Shown here: positions 37,533 to 50,965 of the stretch, in pieces
How positions within the stretch are numbered: the stretch's first letter is position 1
How the letters are laid out: each line of letters begins with the position of its first letter
Assembly: GCF_006345805.1 (NCBI RefSeq)
Contig: NW_021833895.1
Coordinates: forward strand, 1 to 53,668
Length of the DNA stretch: 53,668 nucleotides
Source of the DNA: Octopus sinensis
Taxonomy: Eukaryota
Reading direction: 5' to 3'
Program-made: the position numbers and the translations under genes
The notes under the pieces: model-generated
Database searches by the model: none
Told to the model about the DNA's origin: nothing
The model's input: only the letters and a program-made list of their open reading frames with translations

Positions 37533-38098
37533 TTAGGTTGTCCGGAAAGTTCGTGCCGATTTTTAAAGGAGAGAAAAAGGTCAATAAATACTTGCCATTA
37601 CATTTTTAATCAAACAAATATAAACCATTTTATTGCATAATGCGTCTCCATCTTTCCTTTAACTTGAAAATACCCTCTTCCCAGAATTCAGGTGGTTTCA
37701 TGGCAAAGAATTCATCAAGGTATCATTTTACGTCATCGAAGGAATTAAGACTTTTACCATTGAGACTATTCTGCAGAGACCTGAATGAGTGGAAATCTGA
37801 AGTAGTAATATTTGGTGAATATGGAGGGTGGGGTAACACATCCCAGCCGAGCTGCAGCAATTTTTATCTGGTTCCCAAAGCATCAAGTGCCGAAAATGAA
37901 CTTTATTATCTTCTATTTTGAAGAGTTAGAGAATTAACAGGGGTTATAGGAACATAAACCTACTTCCACGAAAAGATAGCTTCAAATGTGCTCTAAATGG
38001 ACGTGTAGTCAAATCCTGTTTTATGCACTCAACCATGTTCTAAAATAAGTCCAAAGTTAAGCTACTATGAATCGGCACGAACTTTCCGGATAACATAG
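37533..38098 (-). mobile_element. Second copy of the mariner MITE
   Basis: TA|ttaggttgtccggaaagttcgtgccg...ggcacgaactttccggataacatag|TA. Colinear with 24441-25003, including the deletion junction. Confidence 0.9.
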
Positions 38099-39600
38099 TA
38101 GAAAGGATCAAAAGACAAATTAATGTCTCAGGCTTCTACCTTGAGAAACACCAATTTACTACGGTGTTGTTGTGTAATGCAGACATTACTTACGGAATCT
38201 TAATCTGAAGCTTAAATCAGTTCATAAGTACAGCGTTCTGTATGTTGCAAGCTATCCGTTTGTTAACTCAGACTCAAAACAATTGATTGTATTCGTAAGA
38301 ACTTATGGAAAACTTTATAGCAGTTTTCTGGGACATTACGGAGTAAATTAGAGTACCGAGTTGGATGTATCTTTTGGTAAGAAATCCACTGACTAGTAGA
38401 TCACGTATATATATTTAACCCGTTTGAAGGGCAAGAGTATCAGATTCAAGAATGCCTGCGGTCGTTACGAAGGCAAATCAGAAGAAAAATTTGTTAAGGA
38501 ATTTATACTACAAGGCCGAGTGGCAAGTTGGTATATGAAGCGCGTGGGGCTATTCTAATGCTAGACGTGTACTGAAGTTGTGGGGTAAGCGTAGCAGTAC
38601 CGATTATGTTTGAGGTCACAGAAAACGAAGTTAATGATAAGTTGGATAATGAGGAACGTAGCAAATACAGAGTAAAAGCAAGCGCTTTTGCACCGATTTG
38701 GAAATAAAATCAGGATTTGTTCTAATGACAAAGTAGTCAGTGTAATCGGAGAGAAAGAATGAGCAGATGTTTTGTGAATTATGTGCGAGGAAGTGATTGC
38801 AAACATTAGAGAATGTCTTAATGTGTTGGAAACAGATGTTGAGGGATGGAAGTTTGTAGAGATACCAAGGAAATTTATAGAAGTATTACACATTGTGATT
38901 TTCGATTTTAGTGCCTCGGGAAAATTATTGATTTAGTGGTTCAATATCTCAGGAGGAGACCCAGTAAGATGGATGAATAATTGAGATTTAAGTTGGCCAA
39001 ATGTATGTTGGCAAAATTTGGGCGTACCCTAATTCCTATTGCTACACCAGACAGTTGTTGACACATTGTATACAATGTATAATCACTCGTGATTCTGCTG
39101 TCAACAAACCAACAAATATATATCTGTTATATTGAAGTCTGTAGTCTTTGTTAATTAACTGACACCAAATTATATAGATATAATTGGATGGACAATATAT
39201 TGAATTTCCTCACTTTATTGTAATGATAAATTCTTTTGTTAATTTTTCTACGAATTAATGTACCATTCAAAATATATATTGCTTTTTCACATATTCGGAC
39301 AATTATTTATTTGTTCTGCTTACTCAGCTGTAGATATTTTGTGTAGTTACCAATTTAGATTTATTTTATTTGTACTTTTTGGTTATGTTTTGAATTTCTA
39401 TACGAACATTCCTATATAAGTATGTAAGTAGGTAGGTAGAGTGAAAGACAGACAGAAAGACATATATATATATAGATAGATAAATAGTTAGATAGAGGGT
39501 TAGATAGATGGTTATATACAGGTATATATACATACGTACAGACATATACACATAAGTATATATGTATACATACATGTATAGTCGCTGCCACTAGCGATAA

Positions 39601-39688
39601 TATTTTTAATAGTACTATTGCTCTCATATTTATATATTTATATATATATAAATATATAAATATGAGAGCAATAGTACTATTAAAAATA
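39601..39688. repeat. Perfect 88-bp palindrome without spacer
   Basis: 39601-39644 is the exact reverse complement of 39645-39688. Confidence 0.95.
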
Positions 39689-39773
39689 CTATATATGCTT
39701 GTATGTATGTATGTATGTATGTATGTATGTATGTATGTATATGAGTGTGTGTGTGTATGTATATAAATAGATA

Positions 39774-40410
39774 CAGGGAGTGATGGGTAAATTGTCGCTA
39801 TATTGTATCTTTAATTTCGCGCAGGCTCACTTGGGCACCGTCTGTGAGAAAAACAGAACCATGACGCAATTCACTCGTCGCATATTTGGAAACAACGTGC
39901 TGTATTGCTTGGCATTCGCACCGGAAGCTCCAGTATGAGAATTTCGTAGTGCGTGGGTCTCAATCTGAGAATAGTGCAATCTGAGCACATGTACCACGAG
40001 TGTTAAAAATCAAACATCTAGTCAACATCATAGTGTTTGGAGTAATCACGAGTAGTGGTGACGTCATGCTACCATTCATCTTCCCACATAGCCCCAGACT
40101 CAACACGGAGTCTTACATCAAGTACATGGAGGAGGTAATGATGCCCTGGGTCAAGACGGTGGCTGCTTGAAGTCCCTGTGTCTGGTAAAAGGCATCCGTA
40201 TCATGCTACACAAACTGGAGAACCCAGTCATGGCTGTCAGAAAATTTCTGCGACCACATCATCCCTACCATCCGGACACCTAACTCCCTAGACTGCAACT
40301 CCTTGATTATTTTTATGTGGGACGCATTTGAACGAGAGACCAACAAAACACTTTCTAACACCAAAGATGGACTGAAGGCAAGGATTATGCCAGCATTTAC
40401 CAATGTCAAT
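39774..40410 (+). pseudogene. Decayed, deleted Tc1/mariner-superfamily (maT-like) transposon
   Basis: TA|CAGGG start. 40007-40410 translates to IVFGVITSSGDVMLPFIFP...WLSENFCDH...PNSLDCNSLDY...FERETNK...KDGLKARI, with stops. No right TIR seen. Confidence 0.75.
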
Positions 40411-41726
40411 GTACGAAACTCTCGGACCTTGAGTCACTCTGTTACTTCTGATAAATATTAATAAAAATATACATATACACGGCGGTGCATCATCATGGCC
40501 ACAGATCTGAGCTGAAATTACAGTAAAAAAATAATCATATATTGAGTTCTACATTTCCTGTTTGCTCTAACATACCTCTACCTCTCTCTCTACATATATA
40601 TATATAATTCAGGGAAGTTTGATTACAGGTGTAAACCCCTAGTATATATGCGATATGTGCGTATGTGTGCGTGTGTGTGTGCGTGTGCGTGTGCGTGATC
40701 ATGTATGTGTTTGCGTGCGTGTGTGTGTTTTGTATAGTACGGTATGGATTTATTTTCAGACAATCATTCAGGCTCAAAATACATGGTTCCTCTTTGAGAA
40801 AAAGCGACAAAGAATGAGAAAGAAGGAAAGAAAAAGTAAATCAAAATTAAAAGAAAAAAGGACCGAAATAAAGAAAGAAACACGACCTGTTAAAGTAGGA
40901 ATTAATATTGTAGGTGTAGGCAATTCAACGGGGCGAAGTGTAAAGTTTGTGAGACTGCATTCGTAATACCAAGAGGGTGGTATTATCCATTTCGACAATA
41001 GTAACTTATCTAGATTCTTACACTTAGTGAAAATTTTGGATTTATAATTCAGTATGTCTGTAGATTACTTAGATTTAAAACGATATAAAACATTTCGCCT
41101 CAACAAAACCTTCTCATGGTTGACTAATAAACGTATGACGTGCACAGCAGTAAGATTCTCCATTTTTGACAGTGTATATTCAAATTTAATCCACGTGAAA
41201 TTTTATCATCGCACAATATATCTAGATATATAATATACAATACGTTCTATTTATATATATATGAACAAAGGAGAAGGCAGTATTTCCTCCGTTTTTATGT
41301 TCTGTTTTATGGTCCGATTTCAAACGCCTCTTGAGCTCTGGCGCCAATCTACTCGTCTAAGCCCCTTCCCTGAAAAAGCTTGTTTTATGTCAAAATATAT
41401 AACGAATATTATATATTATAGACGATTCACTTTCAAGGGAGCATACTGCATCGTCGATTTTTCTCCAGTGTTCTGAACTTTATGCTTGTTAGTTTTCAAT
41501 TGTCATCGATGCTTGAGAAACGTCGCCTTATTTTCTTATTGTTGACCGTAGGCATAACAAACTTTAACACCTGGAAAAGATGGTCCATATCAGCATGTCG
41601 TTTATCCTTTGACGTGGTCATCATGAGAGTCCCGTTCAGGAAATGTCTCTCCACTGGCGCCAGTCGCAGTGTTATTGAGGCACACAAACACAACAATAAC
41701 TGGAATTTATGGTAGTGATTGAAAAT

Positions 41727-42136
41727 TACTCTTTTACTCTTTTACTTGTTTCAGTCATTTGGCTGCGGCCATACTAGAGCAGCACCGCCTTTAGTCGAGC
41801 AAATCGACCCCAGGACTTATTCTTTGTAAGCCTAGTACTTATTCTATCGGTCTCTTTTGCAGAACCTTTACGTTACGGGGACGCAAACACACCACCATCG
41901 GTTGTCAAGCGCTGTTGAGGGACAAACAGTCACACAAACATATAGGCACACACATACATATACATATATACAATGGGCTTCTTTCAGTTTCCGTCTACGA
42001 AATCCACTCACAAGGCTTTGGTCGGCCCGAGGCTATAGTAGAAGACACTTGCCCAAGGTGCCACACAGTGGGACTGAACCCGGAACCATGTGGTTGGTAA
42101 ACAAGCTACTTACCACACAGCCACTCCTGCGCCTAT
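41727..42136 (-). mobile_element. Full-length family B SINE
   Basis: Head gcgcaggagtggctgtgtgg on the minus strand, with (GAGTAAAA)n tail. Confidence 0.9.
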
Positions 42137-42606
42137 ATATATATGAATAAAGGATAAGGCAGTATTTCCTCCGTTTTTATGTTCTGTTTTATGGTCTGAT
42201 TTCAAACGCCTCTTGCGCTCTGGCGCCTATCTACTCGTCTATGCCCCTCCCCACAAATAGCTTGTTTTATGTCAAAATATATAACGAATATTATATAATG
42301 GACCATTCCCTTCCAAGGGAGCATACGGCATCGTCGATTTTTCTCCAGTGTTCTCAACTTTACGCTTGTTAGTTTTCAATTGTCATCGATGCTTGAGAAA
42401 CGTCGCCTTATTTTCTTAGTGTGGACCGTAGGTATAACAAACTTTAACACCTAGAAAAGATGGTCCATATCAGCATGTCGTTTATCCTTTGACGTGGTCA
42501 TCATGAGAGTCCCGTTCAGGAAATGTATGTCCACTGGCGCCAGTCGCAGTGTTATTGAGGCACACAACCACAACAATAACTGGAATTTATAGTAGTGACT
42601 GAACAT

Positions 42607-43006
42607 TACTCTTTTACTCTTTTAATTATTTCAGTCATTTGGCTGCGGCCATACTAGAGCACCGCCTTTAGTCGAGCAAATTGACCCCAGGACTAATTCT
42701 TTGTAAGCCTAGTACTTACTCTATCGGTCTCTTTTGCCGAACCGCTATGTTACGGGACGTAAACAAACCAGCATCGGTTGTCAAGCGCTGTTGAGGGACA
42801 AACACAGTCACGGAAACATATAGGCACACACGTACATATACATATATACAATGGGCTTCTTTCAGTTTCCGTCTACGAAATCCGCTCATAAGGCTTTGCT
42901 CAGCCCGAGGCTATAGTTGAAGACTCTTGCCCAAGGTGCCACGCAGTGGGACTGAAACCCGGAACCATGTGGTTGATAAGCAAGCTACTTACCACACAGC
43001 CACTCC
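42607..43006 (-). mobile_element. Family B SINE (duplicate copy)
   Basis: Colinear with 41727-42136. Confidence 0.9.
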
Positions 43007-43607
43007 AGTATTTATTCATATGTTTTAAGCAGTATGGTGTAAATTGAGATGTGTATATCTGATACGTTTAGCAGGTCAACATATTCCGTTATGTTGCCGT
43101 TAGTTTATAATGATTATATTTTGTATATCTCAGTTTCGGTCACATTTACACATTGCATTAAAGAATACACCGATAATTAAATTAAACGTTAATTCCTTTG
43201 ATTTTATTATTCGCTGAAGTAACGTATCTGTATATTAGCACACGAATTAATACTTTGCGCAATTATCACTATATCACTTCGCGCAATTATCACTATAATC
43301 AAGTAGATATACTTGATAGGATCTTAGCAATAATTAAGTTAACAAAACCTGGAGCCAGCAATGTCTATGTGAGTAGATTCAAGCATAAGAGTTTGTAAGT
43401 TGAAGTATATAGACACTTGTTAAAATTTGCATTATATTATTAACATACTTCACTGAGAGTATAAAAGAAAAATGCTAAACAAAATTAATACTTTACACGT
43501 ATGAAAGGAGATAATATTCGGTTTAGATACTGGCAACATCAATATATTTGTTTTTTACCTATGTTTGCATTACGTGATGTGTTTTCCTCGCAGACACACA
43601 CACACAA

Positions 43608-43638
<31 letters not shown>

Positions 43639-43808
43639 CACAATCACACGCCCAAAAACACACAAACACACACATATATGTGTGTGTATGTGTACACGTG
43701 TGTGTATTTGTATACATATGTGTTGTGTGTATAGATATATATATCAAACAGATATATACATTTATATGTTTGTGTGTGCGTGTATATATGTATGTGTATA
43801 TATGTATG

Positions 43809-43863
<55 letters not shown>

Positions 43864-43867
<4 letters not shown>

Positions 43868-44148
43868 AAACATATGACCTAGTGGTTAGAGCAGCGGACT
43901 CGCGGGTTCGAATCTCAGACCGGAAGATATGTGTCTTTATGAGCGAAACACCTAAGCTCCACGCGGCTCCGCCAGAAGGTAATGGCGAACTTCTGATGAC
44001 TCTTTCGCCACAACTTTCTCTCACTCTTTCCTCCTGCATCTTGTAGCTTACCTGCGACGGACTGGTGTTCCGTCCAGGTGGGGGAATCCCATACGCCAAT
44101 GAAACCGGGAAACCGGCCAAATGAGCCAGGCGTGACACGAGAAAGACC
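43864..44148 (+). mobile_element. tRNA-derived SINE, family C
   Basis: A-box-like TGACCTAGTGG and B-box GGTTCGAATC. Homologous to 2316-2618. Confidence 0.88.
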
Positions 44149-44185
44149 AAACAATGCATGTGTGTATGTACATATATATGTAGTT

Positions 44186-44390
44186 AAAGTTAATCCAAAC
44201 AAGAAAGCACAAAAAAACACAAAAACGCGAGGACGTGGAACAAATATAGTATTATTGGACGGTCAGGAAAGAAGGAGGGTTTAACGCTTCGAGCGGAGCT
44301 CTTCGTCGGAAACATAGGAGAAAGAAAGATCCAGAGAAGGGACGACAGAGGGAAAAAAATCGCCAACGGTACACACCAATACACCGGTAC
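44186..44390 (-). mobile_element. Family E element with hammerhead-like motif (A15.1 to G)
   Basis: Minus strand reads GTTT-CCGACGA-A-GAGCTCCGCTC-GAAGCGTT-AAAC (44313-44279). Confidence 0.8.
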
Positions 44391-44429
44391 ATATATATGT
44401 ATGTATATATATATATATATATATATATA

Positions 44430-44700
44430 CAAATTATTACATTATATAAAAGGGCTTAGTAAAATAAATTACTTTGCCGCATACTGAACTCATTAGAAAT
44501 AGCAGCTAAAAAAACATTTATAAAACTATTTCTAATACTTAAAGAAAACCTCTCTCATATATAAACACTATATGAGAGAGGTTTTCTTTAAGTATTAGAA
44601 ATAGTTTTATAAATGTTTTTTTAGTTGCTATTTCTAATGAGTTCAGTATGCGGCAAAGTAATTTATTTTACTAAGCCCTTTTATATAATGTAATAATTTG
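44430..44700. repeat. Near-perfect 271-bp foldback: 132-bp arms, 7-nt loop, one mismatch
   Basis: 44430-44561 pairs with 44569-44700. The single mismatch (gcagct vs agttgc) would be a G-U pair in RNA. Confidence 0.95.
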
Positions 44701-45859
44701 AATTCGCCTTAAATGGTCCCTTTGCATACTGAACACTTGGTGAAATTGATTAATTAATTAATTTTACCCTCAATTGTTGAAATTATATACATATACATAT
44801 ACATATACATATATACTTACATACATAAACGTCGAACGATGAAAATGAGTGCTCAACACCTCATTAGTTGATATAATTTCTTTATCTGTGAATTAAGGCA
44901 ATCATTGGTTTCATGCTTAGAAAAGTAGAATAATAGCCCAGTGTTGTAACAACTTTTCAAGCCGATCTCATGGAGAATGGTGGTCGCCTCTACGATAGAA
45001 GACAGACTCTTTTAATACACGGAAATCTCGTAAATTTACGTAAATAAAAAAATGGATCAATGAAACAAGGGACGTTACTGTTGAGTTGCAGCCTTTCCTT
45101 TTATGGATTTGTCGTTTGGTAAAAGTTTTGTCTGGTCAAATTCTTTGTGTAATTTTGTTTATTATTCAGGACATGGAGTTCTTATACTTGTGTGATGAGG
45201 TAGTTCGTCATTGGGACATACTTTTTCTTAATGTGGAGATTGTGTGATATGTGAGTTCACGTTTAGTGCTGTGCTGGTGAGGTTAGCGTCGCAGACAGGA
45301 GCACATCTTTGAAAATATATACATAAATATATATATATATTATATATATATATATATTAATACTATAAAGTATTTATACAAAAGCACTCATTCTAAACTC
45401 AGTGTATAATATTGTCACAGAATACATTTAATTAATGATATATATATATATATATAGACAGAGGAAAAAAAATCGCCAACGATACACACGAGGTCACATA
45501 TATATATGCATATATATGTGTGAGTGAATATATATACATATAAATATACATAGTGTGTATATGTATGTATGTATGTATGTATATAATTGTATAGAATACT
45601 ATTATAAGTGCACAGAAGCAACCATGCCTATATGCTGAACATACATGTTGAATATGTCTATGCACTCCAAATTTTCATTTTACAATATATGCAGGCTCCA
45701 CCTTTAATTATAATTGTCTTCTATACAATTATATAGCACTATTTATGAATTATACCTAAAATGTTATTTCTGGCCACTGATAAAATTCATTAATTTAAAT
45801 GATTTTTATCCTTTATTTTTATAAGTTTGTCGATATATAGTTATGTATATATACACACT

Positions 45860-46152
<293 letters not shown>

Positions 46153-46682
46153 TCAGTCGCATTTCGAAGTATTGTTGCGGAATAAAATTTATATAAATAC
46201 TCTATTAGTATTTCCTATTGCGACATAATATATAATTGTGTATGTATATCGGCGGTGGATGGTGGGGAGTTGTATGCGTATACATGTGCATATATATATA
46301 TATGGCATTTCGAAGTATTATTAAGGAATAAAGTTATTATATAAAGACAATGTGTTAAGTACATACTTAATAAATACCACTCATTTTTTACAAGTGCAAA
46401 GCGGTTTTCATTTGATAATATAATAGGTTACATGGACATAGACGAAAGTACAGTGAGAATCGGAATAAAAGATAATTAAATGTAATATCATATATGATAT
46501 ATTGGAATGGAGTTTGACTGATATCTAGCTTATAACCATAAAATAAATATATAGTATTTATTATATTAATACTTATATACATATAATACTACCACCTTTA
46601 GGCGACGCACTTATATCGTAATTACTATAACTATAAAGTTGCACAATTATTCGAAATTACTAGCTGTGTGTATATATATATA

Positions 46683-46740
<58 letters not shown>

Positions 46741-47454
46741 ATATATATATATATATATCTATATATAAGTATATATGCGTGTGTGTATATATGTATATAT
46801 GTATGAGTGTATGTATGTATTTGTGTATTCATGTATTTATATGTACATATATATGTATATATATATATACTTTGATTTATATATGTGTGAATATGTGTGT
46901 TTGTGTGTATACATATATATGTGTGCCTGTGCCTGTGTCTCTGTATAAATGTGTAGATACATACATACATACATTCACACATATATACATACATACATAC
47001 ATACATACATACATACATACATACATACATACATACATACGCACACTGACTCCGAATTTTTCCTGGTCTTCTTTAATTTACTGGCCCTTCAATTAACGTT
47101 TGACTCAGTTTATAAGTATAAATGAAACGAACATCTTAGGAGCGAACAAAATTAAATTACCTGCATAGGCATTTAGAATACAAGCAGCTAGCCTTCTTGT
47201 TAGGAACGGCGAAGATCATTCAAAACATATTCAGTGGGCGAGGTCCCGGATGGTAACTTGTTATCCACTTAAATTGCATCATAAGGGTGAGATAAAACAA
47301 AAAATTTCACAGCAACAACAATAGCATCGATAATAATGATTTCAAATTCTCACGAAGGCTAGTAATGCCGCCGGGCATTTTGCGCACCATGTAGACGATT
47401 TTGGTAGCTTGCCACTAACACCCCCAACAACAATAATAACAATAATAAAATTGG

Positions 47455-48523
47455 TTTCAAATCTGTCCAAATGATTTTGAAGACTGCGAAATAAATGATA
47501 ATCACATGGGAGCAATGTCCGACTAATATGGTGGATGCGACTTCGTTTCCCATTCAAACTGCTCCAGCCTTTGAAATGTCATCCTCCCTGTATATGGCCG
47601 AACATCATCCAGACGAAGAACACCTTTCATCTTCAAACCAAAGGTGGTCGTTTTTCTTCTAGCGCTGACTTAAATCGCTCAAGCTGCTAGCAGTAGATCT
47701 TCTTTGTTAACGTTTGTTTTGTGTTTAAAAGTTCAAAGTGGACTAAACCTTTTATATCTCACCAAACAGAAAACGAAACCTTGAGTAGGTGAAGAGCGTC
47801 TTTAGCCTGGGGTGCCGGTGTTTCTCCTTTCCCTACCCACTGTCTTCTGCACTTGACATTTTTATAAAGAACTCATTTCTCGTCATCAGTCACTATTCGA
47901 TCAAAAAAAAAAAGTTTAATTCATGAGACGTGACAGCAAAGAAGAGCACACATTCATTCTCTGCGTGCGATTAAACTCGAAAGGTTTGTAAGGAACATAT
48001 TGACCCAATTTTCTGACTTCTGAAGACACGCAATGTTGATGAATAGTTGAATGACCAAATCCAAGCTCCTGTGCTAGTTCTTCAACAGTTTCGATGGAAT
48101 TTTGTTCCACCTGGGTTTGCAGGACATCCTCGTAGAGCTCTAAAGATATTCCAGGACGAGGCTCGTCTTCTAGGCTGTAGTTTCCGGCCCGGAATTTGTG
48201 GAATTGCCGTTGACATTGGCTTACGCTTATTGTCCGATCTCCATATACTGCATTAATATTCCTCGCACTTTCCGTTGTGTTGTTGCCTTTATCGAACATA
48301 TAAAGCAAAATATGCCGAATATACTGCTTTGTCAGTTTTATTATAGATTTGAAAAAATAATTGTTAAAATCGAACTGCACCCTTCGAAACTTGCACTAAG
48401 AGTAACCACAATGTGAAATTACTACCTGTTTTTATAGTAAGATGATGCAGGTAGTTTATCCCACACCCCTTCGACTTTTAATTTATGCAGTTGAAAAACC
48501 GCATTATTTATAGGCAGACCCAA
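47455..48523 (-). mobile_element. Mariner (DD34D-type) element with pseudogenised transposase; 5' TIR present, 3' end lost
   Basis: ORF 48380-47916 gives KQYIRHILLYMFDKG...EDEPRPG...TVEELAQELG...KLGQYVP. It continues with stops through DRIVTDDEK and HPPY*SDIAPCDYHLFRSLQNHL. TIR-like TA|TTGGGTCTGCCTATAAATAATGCGG at 48523. Confidence 0.9.
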
Positions 48524-48852
48524 TACATTGACCGTTTGAAATGTAAATTATTTTGCAAAATACAGTAGAATTAGTGTTCCAGTATAGTAAGTACCTTTAT
48601 CATAAACAATCTAATTGTGGATAACTAAAATATTTATCGTTTCAATAAAAACTCAACAAGCAATTCAAATATTACAAGCAAATCCCACTATATTTTTGTT
48701 CCGAAAAACATTGTTTACAAAGACACGGTGCTTACCAATACACACACATACAAACAGATACATATACACACATACACAAACAGATAAATATATGTGTGTT
48801 TGTGTGTGTGTGTGTGTGTGTATATGTATGTATATATATATATTTTTTTTTA

Positions 48853-49058
48853 AAATCCAAACATGAAAACTCAAAGAGAAAACAGACCAACGCGAAGGCG
48901 TGGAACAAATATAGTATTATTGGACGCTCAGGAAGGAAAGGAAGAAGGAAGGTTTAACGTTTCGAGCGGAGCTCTTCGTCAGAGACATAGGAAAAGAAAA
49001 GATCCAGAGAAAGGAAGACGGAGGGAAAAAAATCGCCAACGGTACACACGCGGTCACA
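48853..49058 (-). mobile_element. Family E element with intact hammerhead core
   Basis: Minus strand reads CTGACGA-A-GAGC-TCC-GCTC-GAAAC-GTT-AAAC (48982-48952). Confidence 0.8.
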
Positions 49059-49214
49059 TTTATATATAAATTTAAAATGAGGGTGAAAAATTGGATATTA
49101 ATTTAATTAACATCAATTTAACACCAGTGGTCTAGCATATTAAAATCTGAAGTTAATACAATTTACTGAACCTTCAGATTTATATATATATACCTATATA
49201 TATATATACATATA

Positions 49215-49318
<104 letters not shown>

Positions 49319-50081
49319 TATAGTGAGCGTTCTGCATTTTCTATTGAAAACAATTCTTAACCAATATTCAAACGATATTATGCATAGCTTCTTGCGCTTC
49401 GAGATAATTAATAATTAGAGAAAGAAGGAGAAAGAGAGGGAAATCTAAATTATTCCTATAATATATAGTTACTTCACACCATTAATATACTCTTATAAGT
49501 GTGTATAGATATGGATATAGACATCACGCGCATATATCCATGTACATACATATATACATATATACATATATACATATGTATGCATGTATGTATGCATGCA
49601 TATATTCATATATGTGTCTTTGTATCTGTATATATGTAGTTTTATATTTTCTCGTCAAATTAAACAACAGATCTAGACCGCAGACGCTAGTTTCACATGA
49701 GTTCAGTACATAAATTATTTTATTTAATTTTGCTTGTACTGTCAGCATCTTAATTTATTTTATGGATGCAACTCAGAGACATTTACAAAATGTCAATTTA
49801 GTTAGGTAGAAGTTTTAATGAAACATTTCAAACGTATTGCCAACGAGCAAGAAAAATAAAAATAAAACATGAAGCTCCACGCTTAGCGAAAATAGAGTGT
49901 AACAACATATGGTAGGACAAGCGTGGCAATACTGCGCATGAGCAGAGATAAAAGTACATTTCAATACGGTTGGTGGATGGGGGTCTAAAAATAAACCAAA
50001 TGAACTTGTTTGTCACCTAATAGCAGTGATGAAAGAAACTTGAAATTTTTTTCTTAAAAAACATTTAGCTGTGCAAAAACA

Positions 50082-50123
<42 letters not shown>

Positions 50124-50125
<2 letters not shown>

Positions 50126-50164
50126 CCCAGTGTCACTTTGATGGCATACACTGCTCTCTCACTC
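50124..50164 (+). mobile_element. 41-bp extreme 3' end of family D, flanked by (AAT)n on both sides
   Basis: accccagtgtcactttgatggcatacactgctctctcactc matches the reverse complement of 13119-13159. Confidence 0.85.
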
Positions 50165-50286
50165 AATAATAATAATAATAATAATAATGATGATGATGAT
50201 GATGATGATGATTTTTTTTCATTAACCACAAGGGTTTACATTAAGAAAAGGCTTTGCTCACAGACTCACAGACCTATCCCCACCGC

Positions 50287-50318
<32 letters not shown>

Positions 50319-50344
50319 ATAATTGTTTGTGTGTATGTAGTTTG

Positions 50345-50922
50345 TTAGGTAAGTAAGCAGGTACGTACGTACGTAGTTAAGTAGGTAGGTAGGTAGGTAG
50401 GTATGTAGGTAGATAGGTAGGTAGGTAGATAGGTAGGTAGGTAGGTAGGTAGGTAGGTAGGTAGTTAGGTAGGTAGGCAGGTAGGTAGGTATGTAGGTAG
50501 GTAGGTAGGTAGGTAGGTAGGTAGGTATGTATGTAGGTAGGTAGGTAGGTAGGTAGGTAGGTAGGTAGGCAGGCCATATTGACGTCATACCAGAAGCCTT
50601 CGACATTCTCAGTCTAAAGGATTTTTAACTCAATATTTGCACGCCATTATTTATAATTTATCTGCTTCGAATTTTACTGATTCCGAGCTGACAGAATATA
50701 TAAATAGATAGATAGATAGACACAGAAAGAGAGATATATATGTATATATGTATGCCTATATATATATATATATATATATATACGCGTCTGTGTATATACA
50801 CATATGCTCATAGACTTACATAGTTGTATATGAGTGTGTGTATATTTATGTATATACATCCATCCATCCATCCATACATACATACATACATACATACATA
50901 CATACATACATACATACATACA

Positions 50923-50956
<34 letters not shown>

Positions 50957-50965
50957 CATACATAC
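50345..50965. repeat. (GGTA)n and (TACA)n/(TCCA)n microsatellites
   Basis: Tracts at 50345-50572 and 50860-50965. Confidence 0.9.

Larger units (their letters stand above)
41253..43007. repeat. ~880-bp tandem duplication containing a family B SINE
   Basis: 41253-42134 matches 42135-43007 with scattered substitutions. Each unit has ~470 bp of unannotated sequence plus the SINE. Confidence 0.92.

Noticed and set aside
41496-41696. 66-aa ORF resembling an exon
   Set aside because: The duplicate unit has an in-frame TAG at the equivalent position, and no protein family was recognised.
46155-46350. Two ~40-bp similar segments (gcatttcgaagtatt...ggaataaa) 150 bp apart
   Set aside because: Short, AT-rich and diverged, probably an old local duplication with no interpretable structure.
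49930-49950. TGCGCATGAGC, an NRF1-like promoter motif
   Set aside because: It is a single imperfect motif with no CpG-rich context or downstream exon evidence.
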